Source: Myxococcota bacterium | Lineage (GTDB): Bacteria > Myxococcota_A > Polyangia > Nannocystales > Nannocystaceae | Reading direction: 5' to 3' | NCBI GenBank assembly: GCA_039194325.1 | Contig: JBCCWC010000011.1 | Span: forward strand, 1 to 64,000 | DNA length: 64,000 bases | In this document: positions 45,814-57,184 of the stretch, one piece after another | How positions within the stretch are numbered: position 1 is the stretch's first letter | Layout: the number at the start of each line of letters is the position of its first letter | Program-made: the position numbers and the translations under genes | Notes under the pieces: model-generated | Database searches by the model: none | What the model was told of the DNA's origin: nothing | What the model saw: only the letters and a program-made list of their open reading frames with translations

Positions 45814-48800
45814 CTACGGCACCACCGTGAAGGTTCGGGCCTTGCTGTAGCCCGCGCTGTCGGGCTCGTACATCAGCTCCGCCATGGCCGGCGGGGCCTC
45901 GAATCGGCCCGGGGTCGTCGCGCGCATCAGGTACGTCGCGTGCACCCACTGCCCCCAGAACCGGTCGAAGTAAAAGTGGGCCCGGTCGTCGCGCAGCTCC
46001 ATGTGGCTGGTCGAGCTGCTCGTCCAGCGCAGGTGGTCGTAGAGCGGATGCTCGTCGTCGAGCGCCGGCACCTCCGAGACCGTCCACAGATCGGGCTGCA
46101 TCGCCTCGAAGCCCGCAGGCAGGCGATCGGTGATCGCCAGGTAGCCGCGGCGCTCGTAGGCCAGGTCTTGCGGCATCCGGGCCAGCAGCACCACCCGGAG
46201 TACCTGCCCGGGGGTGATCGCGTCGAAGTCGACGCGGCGCCCCTTGGCGTCGGTGATCACCCGGTAAAGATCCGGGCCGTGCTCGGTGGTGGTCGCCGCG
46301 GGGCTGTGGGCATCCGCGGTGGGCCGGCGCCAGCGGGCGCTGACCACGAACGCCTGCGACTCGGTCGACTCACTCTCCATCGTCAGGATCGCACGACGCC
46401 CTCGCAGCTCGGACAGCGGGATCCGGTAGCGGCGCACGCTGGGGCCCAGGTTCACCGACTCGGCCAGCACGGGCATCAGGTCTACGTCGTCGAGCAGTGC
46501 CCGCTGCCGGGCCGCGCTGCCCTCGGCCGCGGAGACTCGCTCGGAGAGGGCCAGCAGCCCATATGCCGTCCCCTGGGTGGTGTAGCCCTGGCTGCGGCCC
46601 AGCAGGTTGCCGACCAGTCGGGGCAGCACTGCCGAGTGCGGTCGCAGCCGGTGCAGGGCCAGCGCCGACTGAGCGATCGTGCGCTGGTCGGAGCCGTAGT
46701 AGCCAAAGTCGTCCTTGCGGGGCTCGAGCAGGGCGCCCTGCTCGTCGAACGCGGTCTCGATCCCGTCGAGCAGCGCGTGGACCCGGTCGTCCTGCTCGGG
46801 CAGGCTCGACAGGGCCAGGGCCAGGGTGGCCCGGCCAAACACGCCCTGCTCGGGCACGGTGTCGTGCAGCGCATCGGCGATGCTGGGCGGCAGCGCCTCG
46901 AGCTCGGCCAGGGCCAGGGCCACCGAGGCCCGCACCTCCACCCCGTAGCCGTGGGGCGGGCGACGAGCCTCCACCATGCGCACCAGGTACTCGCGCATGC
47001 CGTCGATCATCCCCTCGGGGGCCTCGATCCCCAGGCGCTGGGCCCGGGCGATCGCCAGGGTGGCGTAGGCGGTCCCGAAGGGGTTGGGGTCGGTGCCGCC
47101 GGGCCAGTAGGCCAGCCCGCCTTCGCTGGTGCGCATGGTCGACAGGCGCTCGACGCCGGCGCGGATCATCGGGCGCAGTTGTTCGTCGTCGTAGCGGGTC
47201 AGGCCCATGCGGGGCAGGATCTCCCGCGCCGCCAGCAAGGGCAGGGTGCTCGAGGTGGTCTGCTCTACGCAGCCGTGCGGGTAGTCGATGAGGTACTCCA
47301 GCCGGCTGCCCAGCTCCGGCCACAGGTTCTCGCCCACCGTCACGGTGACGAAGTCCTCGCCGCCTGCGTCCACGAAGACCTCCGGCGGGATCTCCAGCGC
47401 GACCTGTTGCCGGCCCAAGAAGCGCCCGTGGATCACCGGGCGCTCGTCGACCCCTGGGGCCTGCACCGGCACCGTAGCCTCCACGCGGTCGCGCACCGTG
47501 CCCGAGGCGTCGGCCACCGAAAACTCGAGCGAAAGCGGGGTCGCCCGGGTCGGGGTCTGCTCGAAGGCCACCCGCGCCCGGCCGCCGGCCGCGATCGTGA
47601 CGGGCTGGCTTTGCGCGCCCAGGGTCACCGTCACCTGCTCCTCGTGGTCTTGGTTGTTGTGCACGAGCACCGCCGCCTCGAAGCGGTCGCCGATCGCCGC
47701 GAAGCGCGGCACGGCGGGCACGGCCATCAGCGGCATCTGGACCTCGAAATCGTCCTCGTGCACGCCGCCGCGGCCGTCGGCGTCGATCACCACCGCCATC
47801 ATGCGAAAGCGGGTGAGGTTGTCGGGCAAGGTAAAGTGCACGTGGGCGCGACCCTCGGCGTCGGTGCGCAGCGACGGCTTCCATAGCGCGGTCTTGACGA
47901 AGTTCTTGCGGGTGGAGACCAGGCTATGGCTGCCCGCGCCGCTGCCGTCGCCCGCGACGTGAGAGCGCCGCAGTTGCTCGGCCAAAAGGCGCCGGCTGTC
48001 GTCGACCCACAGCTCCAGGCCCTGCCCGGGGTACAGCAGGGGGACCGGATCGGCGGCATGGAAGTTCGTCAGGCGCAGCACGCCCTCGTCCACCACCGCC
48101 AGCGCGACCTCGGCGTTGGGCACGGCCACGCCCCCGCGGCTGACGTCGACCACCACGTCGACCGACTCGCCCGGCTCGTAACGGTCGCGGTCGCTGGCCA
48201 CGGTGACGTCGAGGCGCGTGTCCTCCAGGCTCACCGGCAGTCGCACCGCGCCGAGCTTCCAGTCGACCCGCGCGTCACCCTTGGCCCCGCGGGGCAACAG
48301 CGTAATCGTGGCGTGGGCGTGCGGTGCATGCTCGGCCGTCAGCGGCACCCGGAAGCGGGCCGCCGACTCGGTCACGTGGATCGTGCGGTGATGCAGGATC
48401 TCGCCCTGCTCGACGGTGAGGATCGCGGTCGCCTCGGGGAAGGGGTTGCGCACCATCAGCTCGGCCGTATCGCCCGGGGCGTAGCGCTCGCGATCGGCCA
48501 CGATCTCGATCCGTCGCCCGGGGGAGGGCTGGCTTGCGCTTCCGTCCGAGCCCCAGGCCGAGCCCCAGGCCCACGCTCGCAGCGATCCGCCGCGGCGGCC
48601 GTCGATGAAGGCGCTGACCCGATACGAGCCCGAGCGTCGGGGGACGAGGCGGCAGCCCGAGGTGTCGGTGCCGGTCACCGTGCAGCGGCCGGTCGGCTCC
48701 GCCACCTCGTGCCACTGCTGTTCGGCGAAGCCGCCGGGGCCGGGGCGTCGGACCCGGCGCCAGGTCAGCCGCTCCAGGCGGATCTCGAACGACGCGTCGG

Positions 48801-51573
48801 GGACGGTGGCGCCGGACTGGTCGATCACGCCGGCCTCCAGCGCCAGCGCCTTGCCCACGTCGAGCCAGCGGTCGGGCAGGCGTAACCCCGCGTAGCGGTC
48901 GGCCGCGTGGAGCACCACCGAGGCCCGCCCTGCGATCGCGCGGTGCGACTGGTCGGTGACCTCCGCCTCGAGGGTGAAGCGCTGGGGTCCCCGGTCGGCG
49001 GGTAGCTCGACCGCGGGCGAGACGCGAAGGTGACCGTCGGCGGCCAGGGTGCCCTCGCCCACGCGCATCCACGCTTCGCCCTTGTCCTCGCTCCACCACG
49101 AGCGCACCCGTCGGAAGTGCAGGCCCTTGGCGGTCAGCGGGCCCCGAGGGAACGGGGCGTCGGCCCGGCGCAAGGTCCATGCGACGGGGGCGTCCTCCAT
49201 GGCGGCCCCGAACAGATAGCGGCCGTGCACGTCGGCCCGCAGCGTCTGGCCGCCCTTGTCGGTCTTGGTATCCACTTGGGCCTCCACGTCCACCGTGAAG
49301 CGCGGGGGCTCGAACTCGGCGATCTGTAGGCCGTAGCGGGCCAGCACTGCGTCGTCACGCAGCGGAGCGACCAGCTCGACCCGGTAGCGGCCGATCTCGG
49401 CCGAGTCGGGCACCGGGAAGCTCGTGGCGAAGCTGCCCAGATCCGAAGTGACCCCGTCCTCGGTGAACACCTCTTGTCCGGTAGGCGCGTGGATCCGCAG
49501 GCCGACCGGCATGGTGGGGGCGGCTCGCAGCTTGCCGTGCTCGCGGAACTGCACCATGCCCTTGAGGTGGACCGTGGCCCCGGGGCGATAGACGCCGCGA
49601 TCGCTGAGCACCAGGGCTCGGATGTCATCCAACGGCGCTTGTCCGCCCGATAGCTCCGGAGCCAGGTCACCCTCGTCCAGCGTGCCGCCGCCCAGCGCGA
49701 CAGTGGCTCGGGCGTGATCCGCTTCCACCTCGAGCACGTGGTGGCGCTGGCGGCCGGGGCCATCGTCGAGCGAGCGGGGAAGCACCGCCATCCCGTCCGC
49801 CCCCGTCTTCACTCCGGAGACTCGGGTGCCGTCCACCAGCAAGTGCGCGCCGGCCACTGGGGTGCCGTCGTGGAGCCGAGCCACGTGCACCAGCGTCTCG
49901 TCTCGCCCCGCGTGCACGTGCACCGCCAGGGACTGGTCGTCGTGCGGGGTCAGCAGCGCCGTGGGGGGCCGGGCCGCCATCGCCCACTCGGGGTACGCCG
50001 GGGGCTTGGCGCCGAATGCCGGAGTCTCGAGCTCTAGCCGGGCCAGGTAGGTCTTGCCCGGCGACAGGGTCGCGAGCAGATCGACGGTGGTCTCCACCGA
50101 CTGGTCACGGCGTGCTCGGGGGCGCACCGGGATGCTCAGATCGGGCGATCGGCTGGGTCGCTCTCGCCCGCCCAGCTGGCGTCGGGCGTCCTCCCAGGCC
50201 GCGGCCCGGGGCTCGATCTCCCACAGATCCACCCGTGCCTCGTTTACGTTGCGGGTGGTCAGGGTAAAGCGGCGGCTGCTCGCCTCGTCGAGCACCTGCT
50301 GGCCCTCGGGCATCGACACACTGGCCGACTGCGGGGCCACGTCGACCGCCAGGCGTAGCGGGGTGCTGAGCCGGGAGCCGTAGCGATCGCGGACGCGGCC
50401 CACCTTGACCGTGTAGTGGGTGGACGAGCGGAACTCGCCCGAGATCCAGACCACCCCGTTCGAGCGCCAGCGATCGGCGCGGATCCGCAGGTTCTTGACC
50501 TTCGGGGTCACCTGGATCTTCTTGGCCAGCTGGGCGTCGGGGGTCGCGATCGGGTTGTTGAACTCCACCGAGAATCGATTGCCCGTCAGCTCCAGGGTGC
50601 CGTCCTTCCAGGTGCAGCGATCCTCTTGGTCGTAGTAGTCGCTCTGGCAGTCGACCGTCTCGAATTCGAGGGGCTCGGCCACCTCATAGACGTGCTCCTC
50701 GAACATCGCGCCGTCGGGGCGGTCGACCCGCAGCTCTACGCGCTGCCCCGGCTCGGGACGGGACGCCGGGGTGGCTACGACCACGTGGCGGCGGTCGACC
50801 GGGGTGCCCTCGAAGCGATCCTCCTTGGCGTGGGACAGCGTCAGGTCGCGCGCCACGCCGTCCACCTCCCCGTGCAGCATCCCGGCCACCTGCGCCAGGG
50901 TCACCGGTTGGTCGAAGAGGATCTTCGGTGCGATGTCGCGGCCGACCTTCGAGACGTACTCGGGGCGCACGGCGACCGGCCGCGGGGTGCCGGCCTCGGG
51001 CAGGTAGCTGATGATCTTGCCCCCGACGCTCACTCGCGGCTGCGCGATGAACGTGCCCGTCCAGCCCTCGGCCACCCGGGCGCCCTCCTGGTCGTGGAGC
51101 TCGCCGAGCGCCACCGTGTACTCGGTCTGTGGGTCGAAGGGGGCGGTGGCCCGGAAGGCCAGCACCCACGGGCTGGGCCACGAGATCTCGCCGTCCACCG
51201 CCGGGGTCAGCGTCAGCGGGGCCGGGTCCGCCGGTGGTGGGGCGATCGAGCGATTGAAGTGGATCCGCAGGGTCTGGCCGGCGATCTCGAAGTGCCGGTC
51301 GTCGCCGAGCTGTGGCCACTGCACGTCGGTGGGCGCCTCGTCGGTGGTCTCGTCCTCGGCGATGGCGCGGGGCAGCGTGCGGCGGGGCCCGGCGTGCGAC
51401 GCTGGGGGAAACACCATCATCTCGCCGCCGGTGGCCGCGGCCATGAAGGGGGAGTCGGGAGTGGCGGTGTCTTCACCGCCTCCGGCGACGGTAGGGACGG
51501 GCTGGCAGGCGAGGGCCTGAACCAGCAGCAGGGCGATGGCGCTGCGATGGCGTGGCATGGCGGCGCTCGTCAT
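45814..51573 (-). CDS. Bacterial alpha-2-macroglobulin lipoprotein (YfhM-like)
   Basis: Lipobox ALAC, SDRGVYRPG, LAVVDEGVL, LPDNLTRFRMMA, thioester YPHGCVEQT and AELMYEP. Start ATG 51573 (or 51558). Confidence 0.93.
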   Translation of the reverse strand: MTSAAMPRHRSAIALLLVQALACQPVPTVAGGGEDTATPDSPFMAAATGGEMMVFPPASHAGPRRTLPRAIAEDETTDEAPTDVQWPQLGDDRHFEIAGQTLRIHFNRSIAPPPADPAPLTLTPAVDGEISWPSPWVLAFRATAPFDPQTEYTVALGELHDQEGARVAEGWTGTFIAQPRVSVGGKIISYLPEAGTPRPVAVRPEYVSKVGRDIAPKILFDQPVTLAQVAGMLHGEVDGVARDLTLSHAKEDRFEGTPVDRRHVVVATPASRPEPGQRVELRVDRPDGAMFEEHVYEVAEPLEFETVDCQSDYYDQEDRCTWKDGTLELTGNRFSVEFNNPIATPDAQLAKKIQVTPKVKNLRIRADRWRSNGVVWISGEFRSSTHYTVKVGRVRDRYGSRLSTPLRLAVDVAPQSASVSMPEGQQVLDEASSRRFTLTTRNVNEARVDLWEIEPRAAAWEDARRQLGGRERPSRSPDLSIPVRPRARRDQSVETTVDLLATLSPGKTYLARLELETPAFGAKPPAYPEWAMAARPPTALLTPHDDQSLAVHVHAGRDETLVHVARLHDGTPVAGAHLLVDGTRVSGVKTGADGMAVLPRSLDDGPGRQRHHVLEVEADHARATVALGGGTLDEGDLAPELSGGQAPLDDIRALVLSDRGVYRPGATVHLKGMVQFREHGKLRAAPTMPVGLRIHAPTGQEVFTEDGVTSDLGSFATSFPVPDSAEIGRYRVELVAPLRDDAVLARYGLQIAEFEPPRFTVDVEAQVDTKTDKGGQTLRADVHGRYLFGAAMEDAPVAWTLRRADAPFPRGPLTAKGLHFRRVRSWWSEDKGEAWMRVGEGTLAADGHLRVSPAVELPADRGPQRFTLEAEVTDQSHRAIAGRASVVLHAADRYAGLRLPDRWLDVGKALALEAGVIDQSGATVPDASFEIRLERLTWRRVRRPGPGGFAEQQWHEVAEPTGRCTVTGTDTSGCRLVPRRSGSYRVSAFIDGRRGGSLRAWAWGSAWGSDGSASQPSPGRRIEIVADRERYAPGDTAELMVRNPFPEATAILTVEQGEILHHRTIHVTESAARFRVPLTAEHAPHAHATITLLPRGAKGDARVDWKLGAVRLPVSLEDTRLDVTVASDRDRYEPGESVDVVVDVSRGGVAVPNAEVALAVVDEGVLRLTNFHAADPVPLLYPGQGLELWVDDSRRLLAEQLRRSHVAGDGSGAGSHSLVSTRKNFVKTALWKPSLRTDAEGRAHVHFTLPDNLTRFRMMAVVIDADGRGGVHEDDFEVQMPLMAVPAVPRFAAIGDRFEAAVLVHNNQDHEEQVTVTLGAQSQPVTIAAGGRARVAFEQTPTRATPLSLEFSVADASGTVRDRVEATVPVQAPGVDERPVIHGRFLGRQQVALEIPPEVFVDAGGEDFVTVTVGENLWPELGSRLEYLIDYPHGCVEQTTSSTLPLLAAREILPRMGLTRYDDEQLRPMIRAGVERLSTMRTSEGGLAYWPGGTDPNPFGTAYATLAIARAQRLGIEAPEGMIDGMREYLVRMVEARRPPHGYGVEVRASVALALAELEALPPSIADALHDTVPEQGVFGRATLALALSSLPEQDDRVHALLDGIETAFDEQGALLEPRKDDFGYYGSDQRTIAQSALALHRLRPHSAVLPRLVGNLLGRSQGYTTQGTAYGLLALSERVSAAEGSAARQRALLDDVDLMPVLAESVNLGPSVRRYRIPLSELRGRRAILTMESESTESQAFVVSARWRRPTADAHSPAATTTEHGPDLYRVITDAKGRRVDFDAITPGQVLRVVLLARMPQDLAYERRGYLAITDRLPAGFEAMQPDLWTVSEVPALDDEHPLYDHLRWTSSSTSHMELRDDRAHFYFDRFWGQWVHATYLMRATTPGRFEAPPAMAELMYEPDSAGYSKARTFTVVP

Positions 51574-51880
51574 TGCACGCGCCTTGCCAAGGTCGCGATC
51601 GTCGCCACTTGAGGCCGCTGCCCGCCACCGATTGCGGCAATCGATGTCGTCGATGACACAAAGCGACGCGAACGAGGGCTTCGCACGGGCCCAACAAAGA
51701 CGGACGGGGACGAGCCCGAGGGGGTCGGTGACCGGTGGTGGGAGCGCCGTTCGAGCCTGGGGAGCGGGGAATAGCGGGGGCGGCGAGGGCGTCTTTGGAG
51801 GTTGGTCCGGCCGGCACATGAGAGAATTCGCAGCCGGGGCTCGCTTTGCGCGGAGCGCAGTTGGCCGCAAATTAGAGGGG

Positions 51881-53041
51881 ATGGCGCAGACCAACTACGA
51901 GCGGCTCTTCAACCCCACCGAGGAGCATGCGCTGCTGCGCAAGACGGTCGCCGAATTCGCTCGTCGTGAGGTCGATCCTCAAGCGGCGGAGTTCGACGAC
52001 AAGGGGCACCTCAATACCGCGCTGTTCAAAAAGCTCGGTGAGCTGGGCCTCTTGGGGGTCACCGTCCCGGTCGACGACGACGGCGCGGGCATGGACGCGG
52101 TGGCGGCGGTCATCGTGCACCACGAGCTGGCCAAGTACGACCCAGGCTTTACGCTGGCCTACCTGGCCCACTCGATGCTCTTCGTCAACAACTTCTACTA
52201 CTGCTCCAACGCCGAGCAGCGGGCGCGCTACCTGCCCAAGGTGGTGAGCGGCGAGTGGGTCGCCGGCATGGGCATGACCGAGCCGGGGGCGGGCACCGAC
52301 GTGATGGGCATGAGCACCACCGCGGTGCGCGATGGTGACACCTACGTGCTCAACGGCAGCAAGACCTACATCACCAACGCGTGCGAGGGATACTGCTTTT
52401 TGGTCTATGCCAAGGTCGACGGGCGGGTCACCGCCTTCGTGGTCGATCGCGACTGTGCGGGCTTTTCCACCACCAACCACATCGACAAGCTGGGCATGCG
52501 GGGCTCGACCATGGCGGAGCTCGTCTTCGAGGACTGTCGGGTCCCGGCGAGCAACCTGCTGGGCGCGGAGGGCGACGGGATCACCCACATGATGCGCAAC
52601 CTGGAGATCGAGCGGTTGACCCTGGCGGCGATGAGCGTGGGGATCGCCGATCGCTGCGTTGAGATCATGGTCAGCTACGGCACCGAGCGCAAGGCGTTCG
52701 GTCAGCCGATCGCCAACTTCGGCCAGATCCAGCGGTACATCGCCGATGGCTACGCCCAGACCGAGGCGGCCAAGTGCCTGGTCTACAACGTGGCCGCCGA
52801 CATCGGCCCGGAGATCCGCAACCGGGTGGGGACCGACGCCGCCAAGCTCTTTGCCGCTCCGGTGGGCAAGCACGTGGCCGACTGGGCCATGCAAGTCATG
52901 GGCGGGGCAGGCTACTGCAAGGAGTACCCGGTGGAGCGGCTATGGCGGGACGCCAAGCTGCTGGAGATCGGGGGGGGCACGATCGAGGCCCACCAAAAGA
53001 ACTTGGCCAAGGATCTCAGCCGGCACCATGCCGCGCGCTAG
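51881..53041 (+). CDS. Acyl-CoA dehydrogenase, isovaleryl-CoA dehydrogenase-like
   Basis: YLAHSML, GMTEPGAGTDV, LNGSKTYITN, DKLGMRGS, ERKAFGQPI and RDAKLLEIGGGT. Confidence 0.92.
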   Translation: MAQTNYERLFNPTEEHALLRKTVAEFARREVDPQAAEFDDKGHLNTALFKKLGELGLLGVTVPVDDDGAGMDAVAAVIVHHELAKYDPGFTLAYLAHSMLFVNNFYYCSNAEQRARYLPKVVSGEWVAGMGMTEPGAGTDVMGMSTTAVRDGDTYVLNGSKTYITNACEGYCFLVYAKVDGRVTAFVVDRDCAGFSTTNHIDKLGMRGSTMAELVFEDCRVPASNLLGAEGDGITHMMRNLEIERLTLAAMSVGIADRCVEIMVSYGTERKAFGQPIANFGQIQRYIADGYAQTEAAKCLVYNVAADIGPEIRNRVGTDAAKLFAAPVGKHVADWAMQVMGGAGYCKEYPVERLWRDAKLLEIGGGTIEAHQKNLAKDLSRHHAAR

Positions 53042-53465
53042 CTCGCCGCCGCCTCGTCGGGTGGCTCGGCCGGCGCAGCGGATCACCGTCGACGGCGTGA
53101 CCGAGCTGCCGCACGGGCAGGCGCGGACCTTCACCTTCGACGATGGCGAGCATCCGGGGCGAGGCTTCGTCTTGATGCTGCGCCAAGGGGAGGGACCCAT
53201 GGGGGATGGGCAGCCGCAGCTTCACGCCTATCGCAACCGCTGCGCCCACGTGTCCTTCGATCTCGACATGGGCACCGGGGAGTTTTGGTCGGCCAAGCTC
53301 GGGCGGATCTACTGTCGCACGCACGGGGCGTGCTACGAGCCACGCACGGGGGTGTGCGACCAGGGTCCGTGCGTGGGGGCGCGGCTGGAGAAGTTCGAGG
53401 TGGAATGGCAGGGTGATGCGGCGGTGGTGTCGATCCCGTTCGAAGCGCCGGGCGACCAGACGTGA
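53028..53465 (+). CDS. Rieske [2Fe-2S] ferredoxin-like protein
   Basis: AYRNRCAH...IYCRTHGACY...G.C..GPC. Overlaps the ACAD stop by 14 bp. Confidence 0.88.
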   Translation: MPRASSPPPRRVARPAQRITVDGVTELPHGQARTFTFDDGEHPGRGFVLMLRQGEGPMGDGQPQLHAYRNRCAHVSFDLDMGTGEFWSAKLGRIYCRTHGACYEPRTGVCDQGPCVGARLEKFEVEWQGDAAVVSIPFEAPGDQT

Positions 53466-53558
53466 GGAGGATCGCAGCGCGATCGATCGTTCGCGGGAAA
53501 AGGGCCTTTGACTTGGCGCGCGCTTTGGCGCAAGGATGGCGGTCAGGAATCATCGTCC

Positions 53559-54407
53559 ATGAGCATCAAGATTCAGCGTTTCACGAGCCTTTCGCTGGCC
53601 CTCGCGGCAGGTCTGCTCTGGGGTTGCCCGAGCGACGACGGGGGGGAGGACACCGGCAATACGCCCTCCACCGGTGATGGCTCGACCGGTCCCGGCGCTA
53701 CCGGTCAGGATCCAACCGGCGACGGCTCGTCGGGTGGTGGCTCGTCGAGCGGTGGCTCGGGCGGTGGATCGTCGGATGGTTCGGCCTGTGCGAACGCGGG
53801 GGCCAACGGGAATGCGTGCTCCGACGCGTGTGATTGCATGTCCAACGAGTGCTTCACCGTGGGGGCGCTGGGCGGTGTGTGCTCCGACTGTGATTCCGAC
53901 GAGGATTGCGCCGACGTCGGCTTTGGCTGCAACTTCGGCAACCCGCTGACGATGACGCCGGCGGTCTGTAGTGCCTCTGGCGATCTAGGCGAGGGCTGCG
54001 AGACCACCGAGGCTTGCGCTGAAGGCCTGTTCTGCAACACGCTCATTGATGTCCCGGGGGTGATCACCGCCCTGACCTGTAGTGAGTGTGAGAGCGACGA
54101 CGACTGTACGGATCAGCTGTGCGCGCCCACCTACGACATCGAGAACATCGCCGGTCACTTCCAGTGCGTCGACATGGGCTCGGTCCCCAACGACGAGGGC
54201 TGTGACTTCACCAGCGGCTCGGGCAACGACCAGTGCATGTCGGGCAACTGCGCGCCGGCGGCGGTGATGGGGATCCCGGTGGTCGGTGTGTGCTCGCCCT
54301 GCAACGAGGATCAGGACTGCGTCGACATGGGCATGACGACGTGTCAGCTACCCGAGCTGGCGATCGAGGGCACGATGCTGTCGTTGGTGCCCGGTCAGTG
54401 CATGTAA
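53559..54407 (+). CDS. Cys-rich lipoprotein
   Basis: Lipobox LWGC, Gly/Ser linker, then 26 further Cys including three CSxCxxDxDC units. Confidence 0.85.
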   Translation: MSIKIQRFTSLSLALAAGLLWGCPSDDGGEDTGNTPSTGDGSTGPGATGQDPTGDGSSGGGSSSGGSGGGSSDGSACANAGANGNACSDACDCMSNECFTVGALGGVCSDCDSDEDCADVGFGCNFGNPLTMTPAVCSASGDLGEGCETTEACAEGLFCNTLIDVPGVITALTCSECESDDDCTDQLCAPTYDIENIAGHFQCVDMGSVPNDEGCDFTSGSGNDQCMSGNCAPAAVMGIPVVGVCSPCNEDQDCVDMGMTTCQLPELAIEGTMLSLVPGQCM

Positions 54408-54427
54408 GCGGCGGCTCCATGCGGTAG

Positions 54428-54458
54428 GGCTCGTCACCCCTGGTGGTGGTGACGAGCC
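54428..54458. terminator. Perfect 11-bp inverted repeat between convergent genes; candidate bidirectional terminator hairpin
   Basis: GGCTCGTCACC-9 nt-GGTGACGAGCC, with no U-tract. Confidence 0.5.
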
Positions 54459-54544
54459 GCAGGCCAATGGCTCGCGCGCTCCCTACGGCTTTGTCGAGCG
54501 CTCGGGCTTTGTTGAGCGCTCGGGAGCGTCGGGAGCGCTTGGGT

Positions 54545-56611
<2,067 letters not shown>

Positions 56612-56839
56612 GGAGGCCGCCGCTTTTACGGCGGCGCGATCGCGCGGGCAACGGCGTACGAGGGCGTTTGAGGGACAATCGGGCGACCGTGGGGGGATCG
56701 GGGGGATCCGATCTCCGGCTGGGCGTGGAGTCGAAGGATGCTCGCTGATTGCGCTGGGTGGGGCACGTTGCCCCGGCGCGGGGGGTCGGATCGAGCGCCG
56801 TTGGCGAGGGGGTGGCGTGACCCGCTAGACTTTCGTCAG

Positions 56840-57079
56840 GTGAGCACATCGACGACCTCTGCCCAAGCGATGCGACGTTGGGTTGACAATATGCGCGCAG
56901 CCCAGGCGCGCGAGCAGCAAGCGCGGCGCGCAGCGCCACTGTGTGCGTCCGAGTCGTGGCGGCGAGCTCTCGCGTTGATGTCGTTCGCGCAGAAGCTCGG
57001 CACCCCGCCGGCTGACGATGATGATGAGCGGGTCCAGGAGACTTGGATGCGTCTTCGGAGGGTCATGGGAGCAGGGTGA
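56840..57079 (+). CDS. Small helical hypothetical protein (about 79 aa)
   Basis: MSTSTTSAQAMRRWVDNMRAAQARE...ERVQETWMRLRR. Its stop overlaps a downstream GTG. Confidence 0.5.
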   Translation: MSTSTTSAQAMRRWVDNMRAAQAREQQARRAAPLCASESWRRALALMSFAQKLGTPPADDDDERVQETWMRLRRVMGAG

Positions 57080-57183
57080 CCGACGTCGGAACGGGCATCC
57101 CCGAAGCGATCGCGGCCCTCGCTGGAGCCCTCGAACAGGCCAAGGTTCCCTCCTTCGATTTCCCGCGAATGGTCGCTATTTGA
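57076..57183 (+). pseudogene. Possible truncated 5' remnant of a nucleotidyltransferase gene
   Basis: GTGA-coupled 35-codon frame MTDVGTGIPEAIAALAGALEQAKVPSFDFPRMVAI*. The first part resembles the helix that precedes the 'P.hhIGG' motif of such enzymes (recalled, not searched). Confidence 0.3.
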
Positions 57184-57184
57184 C

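Noticed and set aside
53514..53530. Sigma-54 promoter (TGGCGCG-N4-TTGG)
   Set aside because: The essential GC at -12 is not at the required spacing.
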